Below are positions 1 to 9,429 of a stretch of 64,000 bases of DNA, piece by piece. The stretch covers positions 1,241 through 65,240 of the forward strand of contig CBFHYD010000001.1 in assembly GCA_965659975.1 (NCBI GenBank), given 5' to 3'. The number at the start of each line of letters is the position of its first letter. Position 1 is the first letter of the stretch. The DNA is from Winogradskyella sp. (lineage in GTDB: Bacteria > Bacteroidota > Bacteroidia > Flavobacteriales > Flavobacteriaceae). Made by a program: the position numbers and the translations under genes. Below the pieces are notes generated by a model. The model was not told where the DNA came from and searched no databases. It was given only the letters and a program-made list of their open reading frames with translations.

Positions 1-2
1 GA

Positions 3-221
3 ATAATTAATAAAACACGTTATGAAGTAGAGGTTAATAGTCATATTTTTGAAGTTGATGAATTTTATGAGGACAATGAAGGATTGATCATTGCTGAAGT
101 TGAGCTTAACTCGGAAGTTGAAACTTTTGAACGACCAAAATGGCTCGGTGATGAGGTCACAGGCGACATCAAATATTATAATTCCAACTTAAGCAAACAG
201 CCATACATTACTTGGGAATAA
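3..221 (+). CDS. CYTH-domain (adenylate cyclase/triphosphatase-like) protein, 3' part, runs off the window start
   Basis: Manual translation IINKTRYEVEVNSHIFEVDEFYEDNEGLIIAEVELNSE...PKWLGDEVTGDIKYYNSNL matches the CYTH C-terminal motifs; TAA at 219-221. Confidence 0.85.
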   Translation: MINKTRYEVEVNSHIFEVDEFYEDNEGLIIAEVELNSEVETFERPKWLGDEVTGDIKYYNSNLSKQPYITWE

Positions 222-253
222 AAAAAGTGCCTAAAAACAATTTAGACACTTTT
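222..253. terminator. Bidirectional intrinsic terminator
   Basis: AAAAAAGTGCCTAAA-AACAA-TTTAGACACTTTT hairpin between convergent genes. Confidence 0.7.
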
Positions 254-274
254 ATAAATATAATTTTATTTAGG

Positions 275-2188
275 TTATTGTTGTACTGGTCCACCGCTCA
301 TGATTATAAACTCTGAACGTCTATTTTTTTGATGTTTATCTTCAGTACAATTGCTTCCACATCTAACCATTGGCTGAGATTCTCCCATACCAACAGCACT
401 TATTCTTGATTCATCAATACCTTTCGATATCACATATTGTTGCGTAGATGTCGCTCTTCGTTGTGACAATCTTTGGTTATAGTTATCATTTCCTCTCGAA
501 TCTGTATGCGAAGTTGCCTTGATAACCATGTCAGGGTATTTCTTCATAACCTGTACTAACTTATCTAGCTCATAAGCCGCGTCCGAAGTTATATTGGCCT
601 TGTCAAAATCAAAATAAATTGGTTCTAATACAATACGCTCTGCAGTTATAATTTTTTCGATAGGCTCTAAAGAAATAGTCACGTTCTGTTCTTCATCTCT
701 TTCAGTTTTTACAGATACTTTTTTGCTATCATAATTTGCTTTCACTACCTCTAATTCTTGCTGGCCTTCGCATTCTACTATGAATTCTACATTTCCATTA
801 GAATCTGTTTGCTTGGTTACAACACGATTTCCTTGAGCGTCTATAAGCGTTACTGCAGCATCGGCTATTGGTTCGCGAGTCTTATCGTCAAGCACTTGAG
901 TTATAACAAGGACATCACAAAGCGGTTGTAGTTTCTTAAACTCGTAAATATCATCACTTCCTTTACCGCCAGAACGGTTGGATGATACGTATCCAGATTC
1001 TGTTTCTTCGTCTATAACAAAAGCAAAGTCATCTGCATTAGTATTAATTGGAATTCCAACATTTCTAATTGGTGCAATACCACCATCAATTTCTTTTGTA
1101 TAAAACACATCCATACCTCCAAGACCTAAATGACCATTTGAAGAGAAATATAAAGTGCCATTAATGCTTATATACGGGAACATTTCCTGAGCTTCAGTAT
1201 TCACCTTTTGCCCAAGATTTACAGGATCTCCTAAAGAACCATCTGCATTTATAGCCGCTTTATAAATATCAAACTCACCATATCCACCAGGCATATCAGA
1301 AGCAAAATATAAGGTCTTACCATCGGCACTTACTGATGGGTTTTTCACCGAATAGTTCTCACTATTAATTTCCAAACTCTCTGCTGATTCCCAAGCAGAA
1401 CCTGCTTTTGTGGCTTTATATAAATAAAGCTGACTGTATTTTACCTTAGAGATAGAGTCTTTTTCATATACTTTTTCAAAAAAGCTCTCACGAGAAAAAT
1501 ACATAGTGTTTCCATCCGGCGAAAAGGAAGCTAATCCTTCGTGGTACCTTGTATTAATTTCGTCTCCAAGTTTTACAGCATCTAAATAAGAACCATCAGT
1601 GGTTTTCTGTACTGTGTACATGTCCAAAAATGGCTCGTTATTCCATTTATAGGTTTTTCTACTATCGTTTCTTGCAGAAGCAAAATACACGTTGTTACCA
1701 TTCATTGTACCACCAAAATCTGAGTTTTCGGAATTGAATGAAGCGTTTTGCACATTGAATTTTTTACCACGCTCTAAGATTTGTGGTAAATAATTAGGAT
1801 TACTATTAAATTCAATGGCACGATTATCTGCTGGTCGCATACTCGCAAACTTTTGCATTTGCGCGTTACTTTCTTCATACTTACCGTTCGCTTTTAGCAT
1901 CTCCGCGTAGTTATAGATAACCTCAGGATCTTGAGAGGTTTCTAACGCTTTAGCGTACCATTTTTCAGCTTCGACGGTATTAAAAATGTTGTAATAACTA
2001 TCGGCCAATCTCTTGTATACGTATTCATCGGCATTGCCATCCTCAACTATTTTAGCATAGCTTTCGGTAGCTTTGACAAACTGAAATCGATTAAATTGTT
2101 TGTCGGCTTTTGTCGTGTATTTATTCTGAGCAGTTAAGCTTAAACTACTCATCAAAGTCATAAAAAGTAATGTTTTAAAAATTTTCAT
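275..2188 (-). CDS. OmpA-family peptidoglycan-binding protein with TPR, PD40/WD40 and carboxypeptidase-regulatory-like domains (PorE-like)
   Basis: N-terminal TPR-like helices, PD40 repeats (PSVSADGKTLYFASD), C-terminal OmpA motif (SHTDSRG..YNQRLSQRRA...NRRSEF); start moved to MKIFKTLL (signal peptide). Confidence 0.9.
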   Translation of the reverse strand: MKIFKTLLFMTLMSSLSLTAQNKYTTKADKQFNRFQFVKATESYAKIVEDGNADEYVYKRLADSYYNIFNTVEAEKWYAKALETSQDPEVIYNYAEMLKANGKYEESNAQMQKFASMRPADNRAIEFNSNPNYLPQILERGKKFNVQNASFNSENSDFGGTMNGNNVYFASARNDSRKTYKWNNEPFLDMYTVQKTTDGSYLDAVKLGDEINTRYHEGLASFSPDGNTMYFSRESFFEKVYEKDSISKVKYSQLYLYKATKAGSAWESAESLEINSENYSVKNPSVSADGKTLYFASDMPGGYGEFDIYKAAINADGSLGDPVNLGQKVNTEAQEMFPYISINGTLYFSSNGHLGLGGMDVFYTKEIDGGIAPIRNVGIPINTNADDFAFVIDEETESGYVSSNRSGGKGSDDIYEFKKLQPLCDVLVITQVLDDKTREPIADAAVTLIDAQGNRVVTKQTDSNGNVEFIVECEGQQELEVVKANYDSKKVSVKTERDEEQNVTISLEPIEKIITAERIVLEPIYFDFDKANITSDAAYELDKLVQVMKKYPDMVIKATSHTDSRGNDNYNQRLSQRRATSTQQYVISKGIDESRISAVGMGESQPMVRCGSNCTEDKHQKNRRSEFIIMSGGPVQQ

Positions 2189-2207
2189 AGTGTAATAGCT
2201 TAACTGA

Positions 2208-3110
2208 TTAAAAATATCTTGGTGAACGTGATGCTCGTTTTGAGAAATTAAGATCAAACAACAACATCACCTCGTGTGATGCAGGAGCAAATTCGTTAAT
2301 ATCAGATGACACAGCATCGTAGGCATACCCGATTCTAAGTGATGGTGTAATCGCAAAATTTACCAAACCTGAAAAGGAATCATCTAATCGATACGAGGCA
2401 CCAATTTCAAACTTCTTATAAATCCTTGCATTTAAGTTTAGATCAAAAGACGTAGGAGCATCAAAAGCAGACTTCACCAAGAATGATGATTTTAATTCTG
2501 TGTTTGGTGATACGTCAAATACATAACCGCCTGAAACAAAATAATGTTGAGTTTCGGAACCTATATTATTTCCATTTTGACTTAGATGCACAGATGATAG
2601 CATGTTTGGTACAGATACGGATAAATAATATTTATCGGTATAGTAAAATGCACCAGCACCGATGTTTGGTGTTGTTTCATTTATATTTTGAAAAAATGGA
2701 TCGTTTGGATTGATTAAAGCAATATTTGCTAATCCAATATCATGAAACGTGGCTCCAGCTTTAATACCTAAGGCTAAGCGATGTTCACCACCTAAGTTTA
2801 AGGTATAAGAAAAGTCCACGTAAGCATTAGTCTCTTTTACAGGACCTAACTGATCTGCAATTACAGAAAGACCAAGCCCTAAATTGTTACCAACTGGAGA
2901 GTGAACGAAAAACGTTCCAGTCTCTGGAGCACCGTCAATTTCCGTCCATTGATTTCTGTATAGAAGTCCAAAAGAAAGATTCTCTCTTGATCCGGCATAG
3001 GCAGGATTTATAACATTCATGTTATACATGTACTGTGTATACTGCGGGTCTTGCTGCCCGTAAGATTGTATACTTAGTAATAAGATTAATATGATTATAA
3101 TTTTCTTCAT
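2208..3110 (-). CDS. Type IX secretion system PorP/SprF family membrane protein
   Basis: QQDPQYTQYMYNMNVINPAYAG and YRNQW signature; C-terminal SHEVMLLF...SPRYF; start moved to MKKIII. Confidence 0.92.
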   Translation of the reverse strand: MKKIIIILILLLSIQSYGQQDPQYTQYMYNMNVINPAYAGSRENLSFGLLYRNQWTEIDGAPETGTFFVHSPVGNNLGLGLSVIADQLGPVKETNAYVDFSYTLNLGGEHRLALGIKAGATFHDIGLANIALINPNDPFFQNINETTPNIGAGAFYYTDKYYLSVSVPNMLSSVHLSQNGNNIGSETQHYFVSGGYVFDVSPNTELKSSFLVKSAFDAPTSFDLNLNARIYKKFEIGASYRLDDSFSGLVNFAITPSLRIGYAYDAVSSDINEFAPASHEVMLLFDLNFSKRASRSPRYF

Positions 3111-3142
3111 CGAAAAGAATTTTAAAATGTGGTTAGTTAAAA

Positions 3143-5491
3143 TTAGCGTTGAATGTATACCCATCCAGTTCTCATAACGTCATTCTCTAATCTGGCGACA
3201 TAATAATAGGTGCCTACTGGCAGATCTCCATTATCTGACTGCCCAAACCATTCATCGGTGTAATCGGTTTTCTTGTAAACAGAGCGTCCGTTTCTATTAA
3301 AAATTTCGATTTCTAATACATTGAATGCACGGAGATCAAAAGTATCATTTAAGCCATCCATATTTGGTGAAATCCCTTGAGGGAAAATACAAGCTGTGTT
3401 GAGTGCTTCTATATCCTTCGCATACACACAACCATCGGAAGTTGTAATCTCTACGGTATACGTACCATCTACAGTACCTACAAATGAAGCCGAAGTATTA
3501 TTTAACGTACTTGCGCCTGGAGGTCCAAACCATTCGTATGTAACAGTATTTGGATCATAACTGTTGTTTATTGGTGAGATAGTCATTACATATTCATCAT
3601 CCATACATCCTTGTTCCACTGCTATTAAATTAACGTCAAACGACGTGACCACTAAATTAAAACTACCAGTTGAAAAACAACTTGGACTTATATTATTTAC
3701 CAACCTAAAGAAAATGGTTTGAGGGTTTGATGTGTTTTCGTAATTGGTAGGCGTTGTAATCGCATTTTGGTCATTATCTGCGTCTGCCTGAGTTTCATAA
3801 TAGGTGACACTTAAGTTTGGGTCGCCATTAAAAATGATAGCGTCCTGTGAGGTTAAATCAAAGAATGCATTTCCGTTGGCATTTTCGCAATTAACAAGAT
3901 CTTGAACTGGTCCTGGAGTTGGTGATTGGTCGATTACTGAGACCGTTACCTCATCACTAACCGTGGATTCCTGACCATTAACATCTGTATAAGTTACTGT
4001 AGCCGTATAAGTCGTTGTCTCTGTAGGGCTAACTGTAATATCAGTGTTGTTTCCTAAAGAGTTGCCGTCTTCATCAAACCATTCAAAAACATAATTTGGT
4101 GCTCCATCTGGAATAAAGCGCCAAAGCTCTTGAAATGATACAGACCAGTCACCTGTATTTCTACCTGTAGGTGTATAGCCTACTGTACCTGATGCATTTT
4201 GAACACCTATTGTTGCCAATCCATCATTCCATGTCGCACAAACAGGCTTTTCTAAAATAATAACGTCAATAACGTTAGATGACTCATATAATATAATTTG
4301 TTGTGTAGTCAATAATTCATTACAACTAAATTGTGGCACATCCACAAAACTCACTTTAAACTGTCTTTCTGGAGCAACACCAACAGTAGTATACTCTATC
4401 ATTCCACCAACACTTGGGTCGATATCATGATAAGCTCCAAATATAGCATCTGTTGGCAAGTCTGGCGTAGGTAACAACTCGTCTGGCTCAAAGCTCCATG
4501 GGCAAAAAGTTCCAGCTAAGGTCGTATTAAAACCAATAAGCCCATTCGCACCAACAACTAATTGGCTATGGGTAATTCCGAAAAACTCAAAATCAAATCC
4601 TATGTCAATAACAGATGACCATCGGTCATCAATATTTAATGCCGTAGGTGTGCCTTCTAAATTAGACACTGGACATTCTAAGTCCGTGATATTATAAACA
4701 CTTGTATTGGTTGTTAAGGCGCTTGTCATAAACGTAGCAGATAAATCTACAGACGTTACGGTATCAGCACATCCAAAGACAGCATCAGGACCCGCGTTTA
4801 TAATGTCACATTCTTGTGCAGGACAAAAATCTTGACTTAAGGCACCACTTTCTAAAACACAATTGGTGTCATCTGCATCTGCAACCGTTATATTCACTTG
4901 GGTTCCATTTGCAAATGGCCCAAAATTATAGGTTCCTGTTTCTGTAATATTCTGAACAGGACTTCCTTGGTCATCTGAAATATTAATGCTTTCTGCATCA
5001 CCGGTATCTGTTATGACAACATCAATAAAGAACTCTTCATTTCCGTTAGCACAGTTACTGATAATATCATAAGCTGCTTCTGGAGCGATACATGTTACAC
5101 ATCTGTATGTGATGTCCCATTCAGTACGAGATCCGGACTGACAACTAACACTTCCATCACTATCCACTTGGATAAAAAGAGCATCGCCACTAGAAGTGAA
5201 TGAAAGTCCTGCTAAATCACCACCGTTATCACCGGTGAATAATACAGTACCCGAATTATCGGCACTGTCATAAACAGTTATTTCATCAAAGCTACTCTCA
5301 ATCGTCCCTGAATTAAAAATTAGGAAAACAGGAGCGCCAGTATCGGACACAAAGGAAAACGATTCGTTATCATTATTTCCGTAGCAATACGTTAGGTTTT
5401 GTTCGCCAGCAGAACAGTTTACAGTGATGTCCTGTTGACTCATTCCTAAACTAATTGTAAATAAGGAAAATAGGAGTAATAATTTTTTCAT
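3143..5491 (-). CDS. T9SS type B sorting (gliding-motility-associated CTD) surface protein with CUB-like and NIDO-like domains
   Basis: Signal peptide; C-terminal FPQGISPNxDGLNDTF...IFNRNG...LPVGTYYY...GWVYIQR; directly upstream of a PorP/SprF gene. Confidence 0.88.
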   Translation of the reverse strand: MKKLLLLFSLFTISLGMSQQDITVNCSAGEQNLTYCYGNNDNESFSFVSDTGAPVFLIFNSGTIESSFDEITVYDSADNSGTVLFTGDNGGDLAGLSFTSSGDALFIQVDSDGSVSCQSGSRTEWDITYRCVTCIAPEAAYDIISNCANGNEEFFIDVVITDTGDAESINISDDQGSPVQNITETGTYNFGPFANGTQVNITVADADDTNCVLESGALSQDFCPAQECDIINAGPDAVFGCADTVTSVDLSATFMTSALTTNTSVYNITDLECPVSNLEGTPTALNIDDRWSSVIDIGFDFEFFGITHSQLVVGANGLIGFNTTLAGTFCPWSFEPDELLPTPDLPTDAIFGAYHDIDPSVGGMIEYTTVGVAPERQFKVSFVDVPQFSCNELLTTQQIILYESSNVIDVIILEKPVCATWNDGLATIGVQNASGTVGYTPTGRNTGDWSVSFQELWRFIPDGAPNYVFEWFDEDGNSLGNNTDITVSPTETTTYTATVTYTDVNGQESTVSDEVTVSVIDQSPTPGPVQDLVNCENANGNAFFDLTSQDAIIFNGDPNLSVTYYETQADADNDQNAITTPTNYENTSNPQTIFFRLVNNISPSCFSTGSFNLVVTSFDVNLIAVEQGCMDDEYVMTISPINNSYDPNTVTYEWFGPPGASTLNNTSASFVGTVDGTYTVEITTSDGCVYAKDIEALNTACIFPQGISPNMDGLNDTFDLRAFNVLEIEIFNRNGRSVYKKTDYTDEWFGQSDNGDLPVGTYYYVARLENDVMRTGWVYIQR

Positions 5492-5608
5492 TTGGTTATT
5501 GGTTTAGTCGAAATTGAAAACAAATTAATTGTTTTAACTAAACCTTAACAACAAACGGGTTACTAATAGCTGAAAGACTAATTTTTTCGACGAAGTACAT
5601 TAACGTAT

Positions 5609-6550
5609 CTATTCTTCCTTGAGAGAAATATACACTGGGAAATGATCACTGTAACCACCTTTATATTTTTTACCCACATAAGTTCTAAAAGGCTGACCTT
5701 GATATTTACCGCGATATTGAGTCAAGAATTTTGAATCGAACACATCAGCTTTGGACATACTCAATTGTGTTGAAGTGGCATCGAAAAAATTTGAAGTGAT
5801 CAAAATTTGATCAAAAACATACCATTGAAAAAAATGATTGAAGCTACCTCGATTAGAGGTGTTTATCGTTTTAAAAGGATTAAAAAGTTTCGAGGTTTCT
5901 TCGATTAATAAAAGACTATTGCTCTGAGGGGTATCGTTAAAATCTCCCATAACTATTACCTTCGGAGACTTATATTTTTTATTGAGGTTATCAATAATTT
6001 CATTCACCTTATCGGCTGCTGCAAGTCGTTTATATTCGGTTTCCTTTTAGCCTTCTCGTCGCGAAGACCAATGGTTAACAATAACATGAATTTCCTCATT
6101 AGCTAATTTGCCTGTTACTAATAAAATATCACGCGTAAAATCTTGTGTACCATCTTCTTTTTCTAAATAAATAGAGAAGGTTTCAGAGTGTAGTACTTTG
6201 AAAACATCATTATTGAATATCAAGGCTACATCAATTCCACGTTCGTCAGGTGAATCATAATGAACTATTCCGTAGTTATAGTGTTTTAGAAATTTCCCGT
6301 TAATCAAATCTTTGACAACTCTTCTGTTCTCAACTTCCGCAAGGCCCACAATGGCAGGAGGCATATCTACATCAGGTTCACCAATTTGAGAAATAGCTCG
6401 ACTGAGTTTTTTAATCTTTTTTCGGTACTTTTTTTCGGTCCAACGCTTATCGGAATAGGGTAAAAATGCATCGTCATTAGTGTGGATGTCATCTACAGTA
6501 TCAAAAAAGTTTTCGATATTTTAGAATGCAATGGTGTGACTGTTACTCAT
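5609..6550 (-). pseudogene. Endonuclease/exonuclease/phosphatase family gene with two in-frame TAA stops
   Basis: One frame from ATG 6550: MSNSHTIAF*NIENFFD...GLAEVEN...VNHWSSRREG*KETEYKR...MGDFND...FDQI...SDHFPV; stops at 6521-6523 and 6047-6049; joins ORFs 6047..6364 and 5609..6007. Confidence 0.88.
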
Positions 6551-6599
6551 AAGGTTAAAGATATAATTATTATGAATATTTTGATAGCTCGCATTTGAC

Positions 6600-6607
6600 T
6601 AAATTTG
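6600..6607 (+). promoter_or_regulatory. Bacteroidetes housekeeping promoter -7 element for hflX
   Basis: TAAATTTG matches TAnnTTTG, about 35 nt upstream of the ATG. Confidence 0.6.
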
Positions 6608-6641
6608 CAACAACAAAATCCCTAGTTCAAGAAAACAGTCT

Positions 6642-7853
6642 ATGTTAGAACAAAAAGATATCAGTTTAGAAAAAGTCGTACTTATAGGTATTATTACCAA
6701 AGACCAAGATGAAAAAACATCTAAAGAATACTTAGATGAATTAGAGTTTTTGACCTATACAGCAGGTGGTGATGTGGTAAAACGTTTTACCCAAAAAATG
6801 GATATGCCCAACGCAAAAACATTTATCGGAAGTGGGAAAATGAATGATGTTCAAGAATACGTTAAGGAAAACGAGGTTGGTACCGTAATTTTTGATGACG
6901 AATTATCTCCAGCGCAAGAGCGCAATATTAGTAAAATACTCAACTGTAAAATACTGGATAGAACCAATCTCATTCTGGATATTTTTGCGCAACGCGCACA
7001 AACAAGTTATGCACGCACACAAGTAGAACTAGCACAATGCCAATATTTGTTACCACGATTAAAAGGTATGTGGACACACTTGGAGCGTCAAAAAGGTGGA
7101 ATTGGAATGCGTGGTCCTGGTGAAACTGAGATTGAAACGGACAGACGTATAGTGCGCGATAAAATTTCATTGCTTAAAGCCAAAATAAAGACTATCGACA
7201 AGCAGATGGCTGTACAGCGTGGTAATCGAGGTAAATTGGTCAGAGTTGCACTTGTTGGTTATACAAATGTGGGTAAGTCTACCTTGATGAATGTTGTCAG
7301 CAAATCTGAAGTTTTTGCAGAAAATAAATTGTTTGCCACTTTAGACACGACCGTTAGAAAAGTTGTTGTCGGTAATTTGCCGTTTTTAGTAAGTGATACG
7401 GTAGGATTTATTAGAAAGCTGCCAACACAATTGGTAGAGTCTTTTAAGAGCACGCTTGATGAGGTACGAGAAGCCGATTTGTTATTACACGTTGTAGATA
7501 TTTCTCATAGCAATTTCGAGGAGCATATCGAATCCGTAAATCAAATCCTGGATGAAATTGACAGCAAGGATAAACCAATCATAATGGTTTTTAATAAGGT
7601 TGATGCCTACCAAGCCGAACCTTATGATGATAAAGATTTATTAACAGAGCGCACTAAGGCAAATTATTCTATTGACGAATGGAAAAAAACTTGGATGGCA
7701 AAAATTGGTGACAATGCACTATTCATTTCTGCACTTAACAAGGAGAATTTAGATGAGTTCAGAAAACGTGTATACAAAGAGGTAAGAGAAATACATGTGA
7801 CACGCTTTCCTTATAATCATTTCTTGTATCCAGACGTAGAAGATATTCAATAA
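6642..7853 (+). CDS. hflX: Ribosome rescue GTPase HflX
   Basis: GPGETEIETDRR, GYTNVGKST (G1), LFATLDTT, DTVGFI, NKVD motifs. Confidence 0.97.
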   Translation: MLEQKDISLEKVVLIGIITKDQDEKTSKEYLDELEFLTYTAGGDVVKRFTQKMDMPNAKTFIGSGKMNDVQEYVKENEVGTVIFDDELSPAQERNISKILNCKILDRTNLILDIFAQRAQTSYARTQVELAQCQYLLPRLKGMWTHLERQKGGIGMRGPGETEIETDRRIVRDKISLLKAKIKTIDKQMAVQRGNRGKLVRVALVGYTNVGKSTLMNVVSKSEVFAENKLFATLDTTVRKVVVGNLPFLVSDTVGFIRKLPTQLVESFKSTLDEVREADLLLHVVDISHSNFEEHIESVNQILDEIDSKDKPIIMVFNKVDAYQAEPYDDKDLLTERTKANYSIDEWKKTWMAKIGDNALFISALNKENLDEFRKRVYKEVREIHVTRFPYNHFLYPDVEDIQ

Positions 7854-7881
7854 AAAAAGAGGTCAATCGACCTCTTTTTTT
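7852..7881. terminator. Bidirectional intrinsic terminator
   Basis: AAAAAAAGAGGTC-AATC-GACCTCTTTTTTT. Confidence 0.85.
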
Positions 7882-7900
7882 ATTAGATATATATTTCTTC

Positions 7901-8809
7901 TTAGAAGTTATTACTTAAACCAATTGTGTAATAAGACTGTAAGTCTTTATCTGCATTTTCTAAAGTTGTACCTTGGAAGTTAGCAGCTTCTTGTCTGTTG
8001 TTACGTAAACCGAAGTCAAAACCTACACCAATTCCTTTCCATAAGGTATAGCTAAAAGAGTTTATCCAAGTCCAGTTAGATAAATCACTCGACTTGTAGC
8101 TTTTGAACGCAGAAAGGTTAGATCTTAAATTAACTTTGCCAAAACTTCTTGTGTAGTCTGCTAAAATTTTAGCACCAAAAGAAGAATCGAAAACAACGTC
8201 ATTGTCAGCAAATACAAAATTGTAGTTAGCTGGATGAATTACTACAACTAAATTATCGCTTGGCGTCCAAGTGAATCCTACTCCAAGATCTAAGTAACCT
8301 GGGTCATTAAAGTTATTTAAGATTGTAGTTCTGTATTCTAATAATCCAGAAGCAGCCCATTTGTCACTTAATCGTCTTCCATAAAGCGACGTTAAGTTAA
8401 ATACATCTACAGTAGGCTCAAAATCATCACTATCTATTGGATTGTCTTTGTCGTCTAATTTTGTCCAGTTAAGATTAACGTTAAGACCATTTCTCCAGAA
8501 ATATTTGTCTTCAATCTTGTTGGCAAATCCATTTACCGTAAATCCAATAGAACCAGAAGAGTTATTAGGAGCACCTTGAGCAAACCAATTATTAAAGTTA
8601 CTTAGACTTCCACCAATTGTACCAAAAGCACCTACGCCCCAACCTGGTAATGCATTAATCTGCACTTGAATTTCGTTAGCCTCTGCCTGATACTTAACAG
8701 CCTCAGCTTGTTTTTCTGCTTTTTGCTTTTCTAATTCTTCTTTAGTTTGTTAGTAACCTAAAGAAATAGATAAAACCATTAAAAGTGTAAAAAGTAATCT
8801 TGTTTTCAT
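7901..8809 (-). pseudogene. DUF3078 family outer-membrane beta-barrel gene with in-frame TAA at codon 20
   Basis: ATG 8809 gives MKTRLLFTLLMVLSISLGY*QTKEELEKQK..., in frame with ORF 7901..8665; stop at 8750-8752; beta-strand pattern and terminal Phe. Confidence 0.78.
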
Positions 8810-8827
8810 GTTTTAAATTTTATGCGC

Positions 8828-8835
8828 CAAAAGTA
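8828..8835 (-). promoter_or_regulatory. -7 promoter element of the DUF3078 gene
   Basis: TACTTTTG on the minus strand, 18 nt upstream of ATG 8809; supports that start. Confidence 0.55.
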
Positions 8836-8919
8836 TAACAAAAGGAGATGTTAAGGCTTATAAAAGTTAGTCAATACAGATTTAAAATAGATAAAGTGCA
8901 AAAAACACCGATAAATAGT

Positions 8920-9429
8920 TTATTTCCGTCTTTTGAAGAGAGGAACTGCAGAACATGCCTCGCCAAACATTATAGATTTGGCTATTGGTTTTAAGCGTTG
9001 AGAAAGAAAGACCAAGGCATTTGCAGGGACAGGTTTATTAGAGCATCCTTTAATGATTACGGGCATGTCTTTGTAATCTGATAAGTCTAAACCATTTATA
9101 ATTTCGGCATACAACAAAGATTCGATATCTGAAGGATTACCAATTACAGAAAGTTTGGCAATATTTTGGAGTTTCAAGGAGATAAGCATAAAAGCCCAAT
9201 CTGGTATTATGGCATTTGTAGAACAGAAAAGCGCAACATATGCATCTTGATATTGAGACCAGTCGTGGTCATTGACAAAAGCTCTAAATTCCTTTTCACG
9301 CAATACTAAACCTTCCCAAAGCCAATCTTTGATATCCAAAGAAATTCTTGCTCCAGAAGGATAGAAATCTTCAAGGTCAATCACTTTCAGTTTGCTGTTT
9401 GCAACTCTATTTACAATTTCGCCTTCCAT
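8920..9429 (-). CDS. DUF2480 family protein
   Basis: EIVNRVANSKLKVIDLEDFYP...LREKEFR...AIIPDWA...SIMFGEACSAVPL; usual neighbour of flavobacterial suf genes. Confidence 0.85.
   Translation of the reverse strand: MEGEIVNRVANSKLKVIDLEDFYPSGARISLDIKDWLWEGLVLREKEFRAFVNDHDWSQYQDAYVALFCSTNAIIPDWAFMLISLKLQNIAKLSVIGNPSDIESLLYAEIINGLDLSDYKDMPVIIKGCSNKPVPANALVFLSQRLKPIAKSIMFGEACSAVPLFKRRK

Noticed and set aside
5609-8809. UAA recoding or alternative genetic code to explain the in-frame TAA codons
   Set aside because: Many intact genes here end in TAA followed by terminators, and the three sites would need three different amino acids
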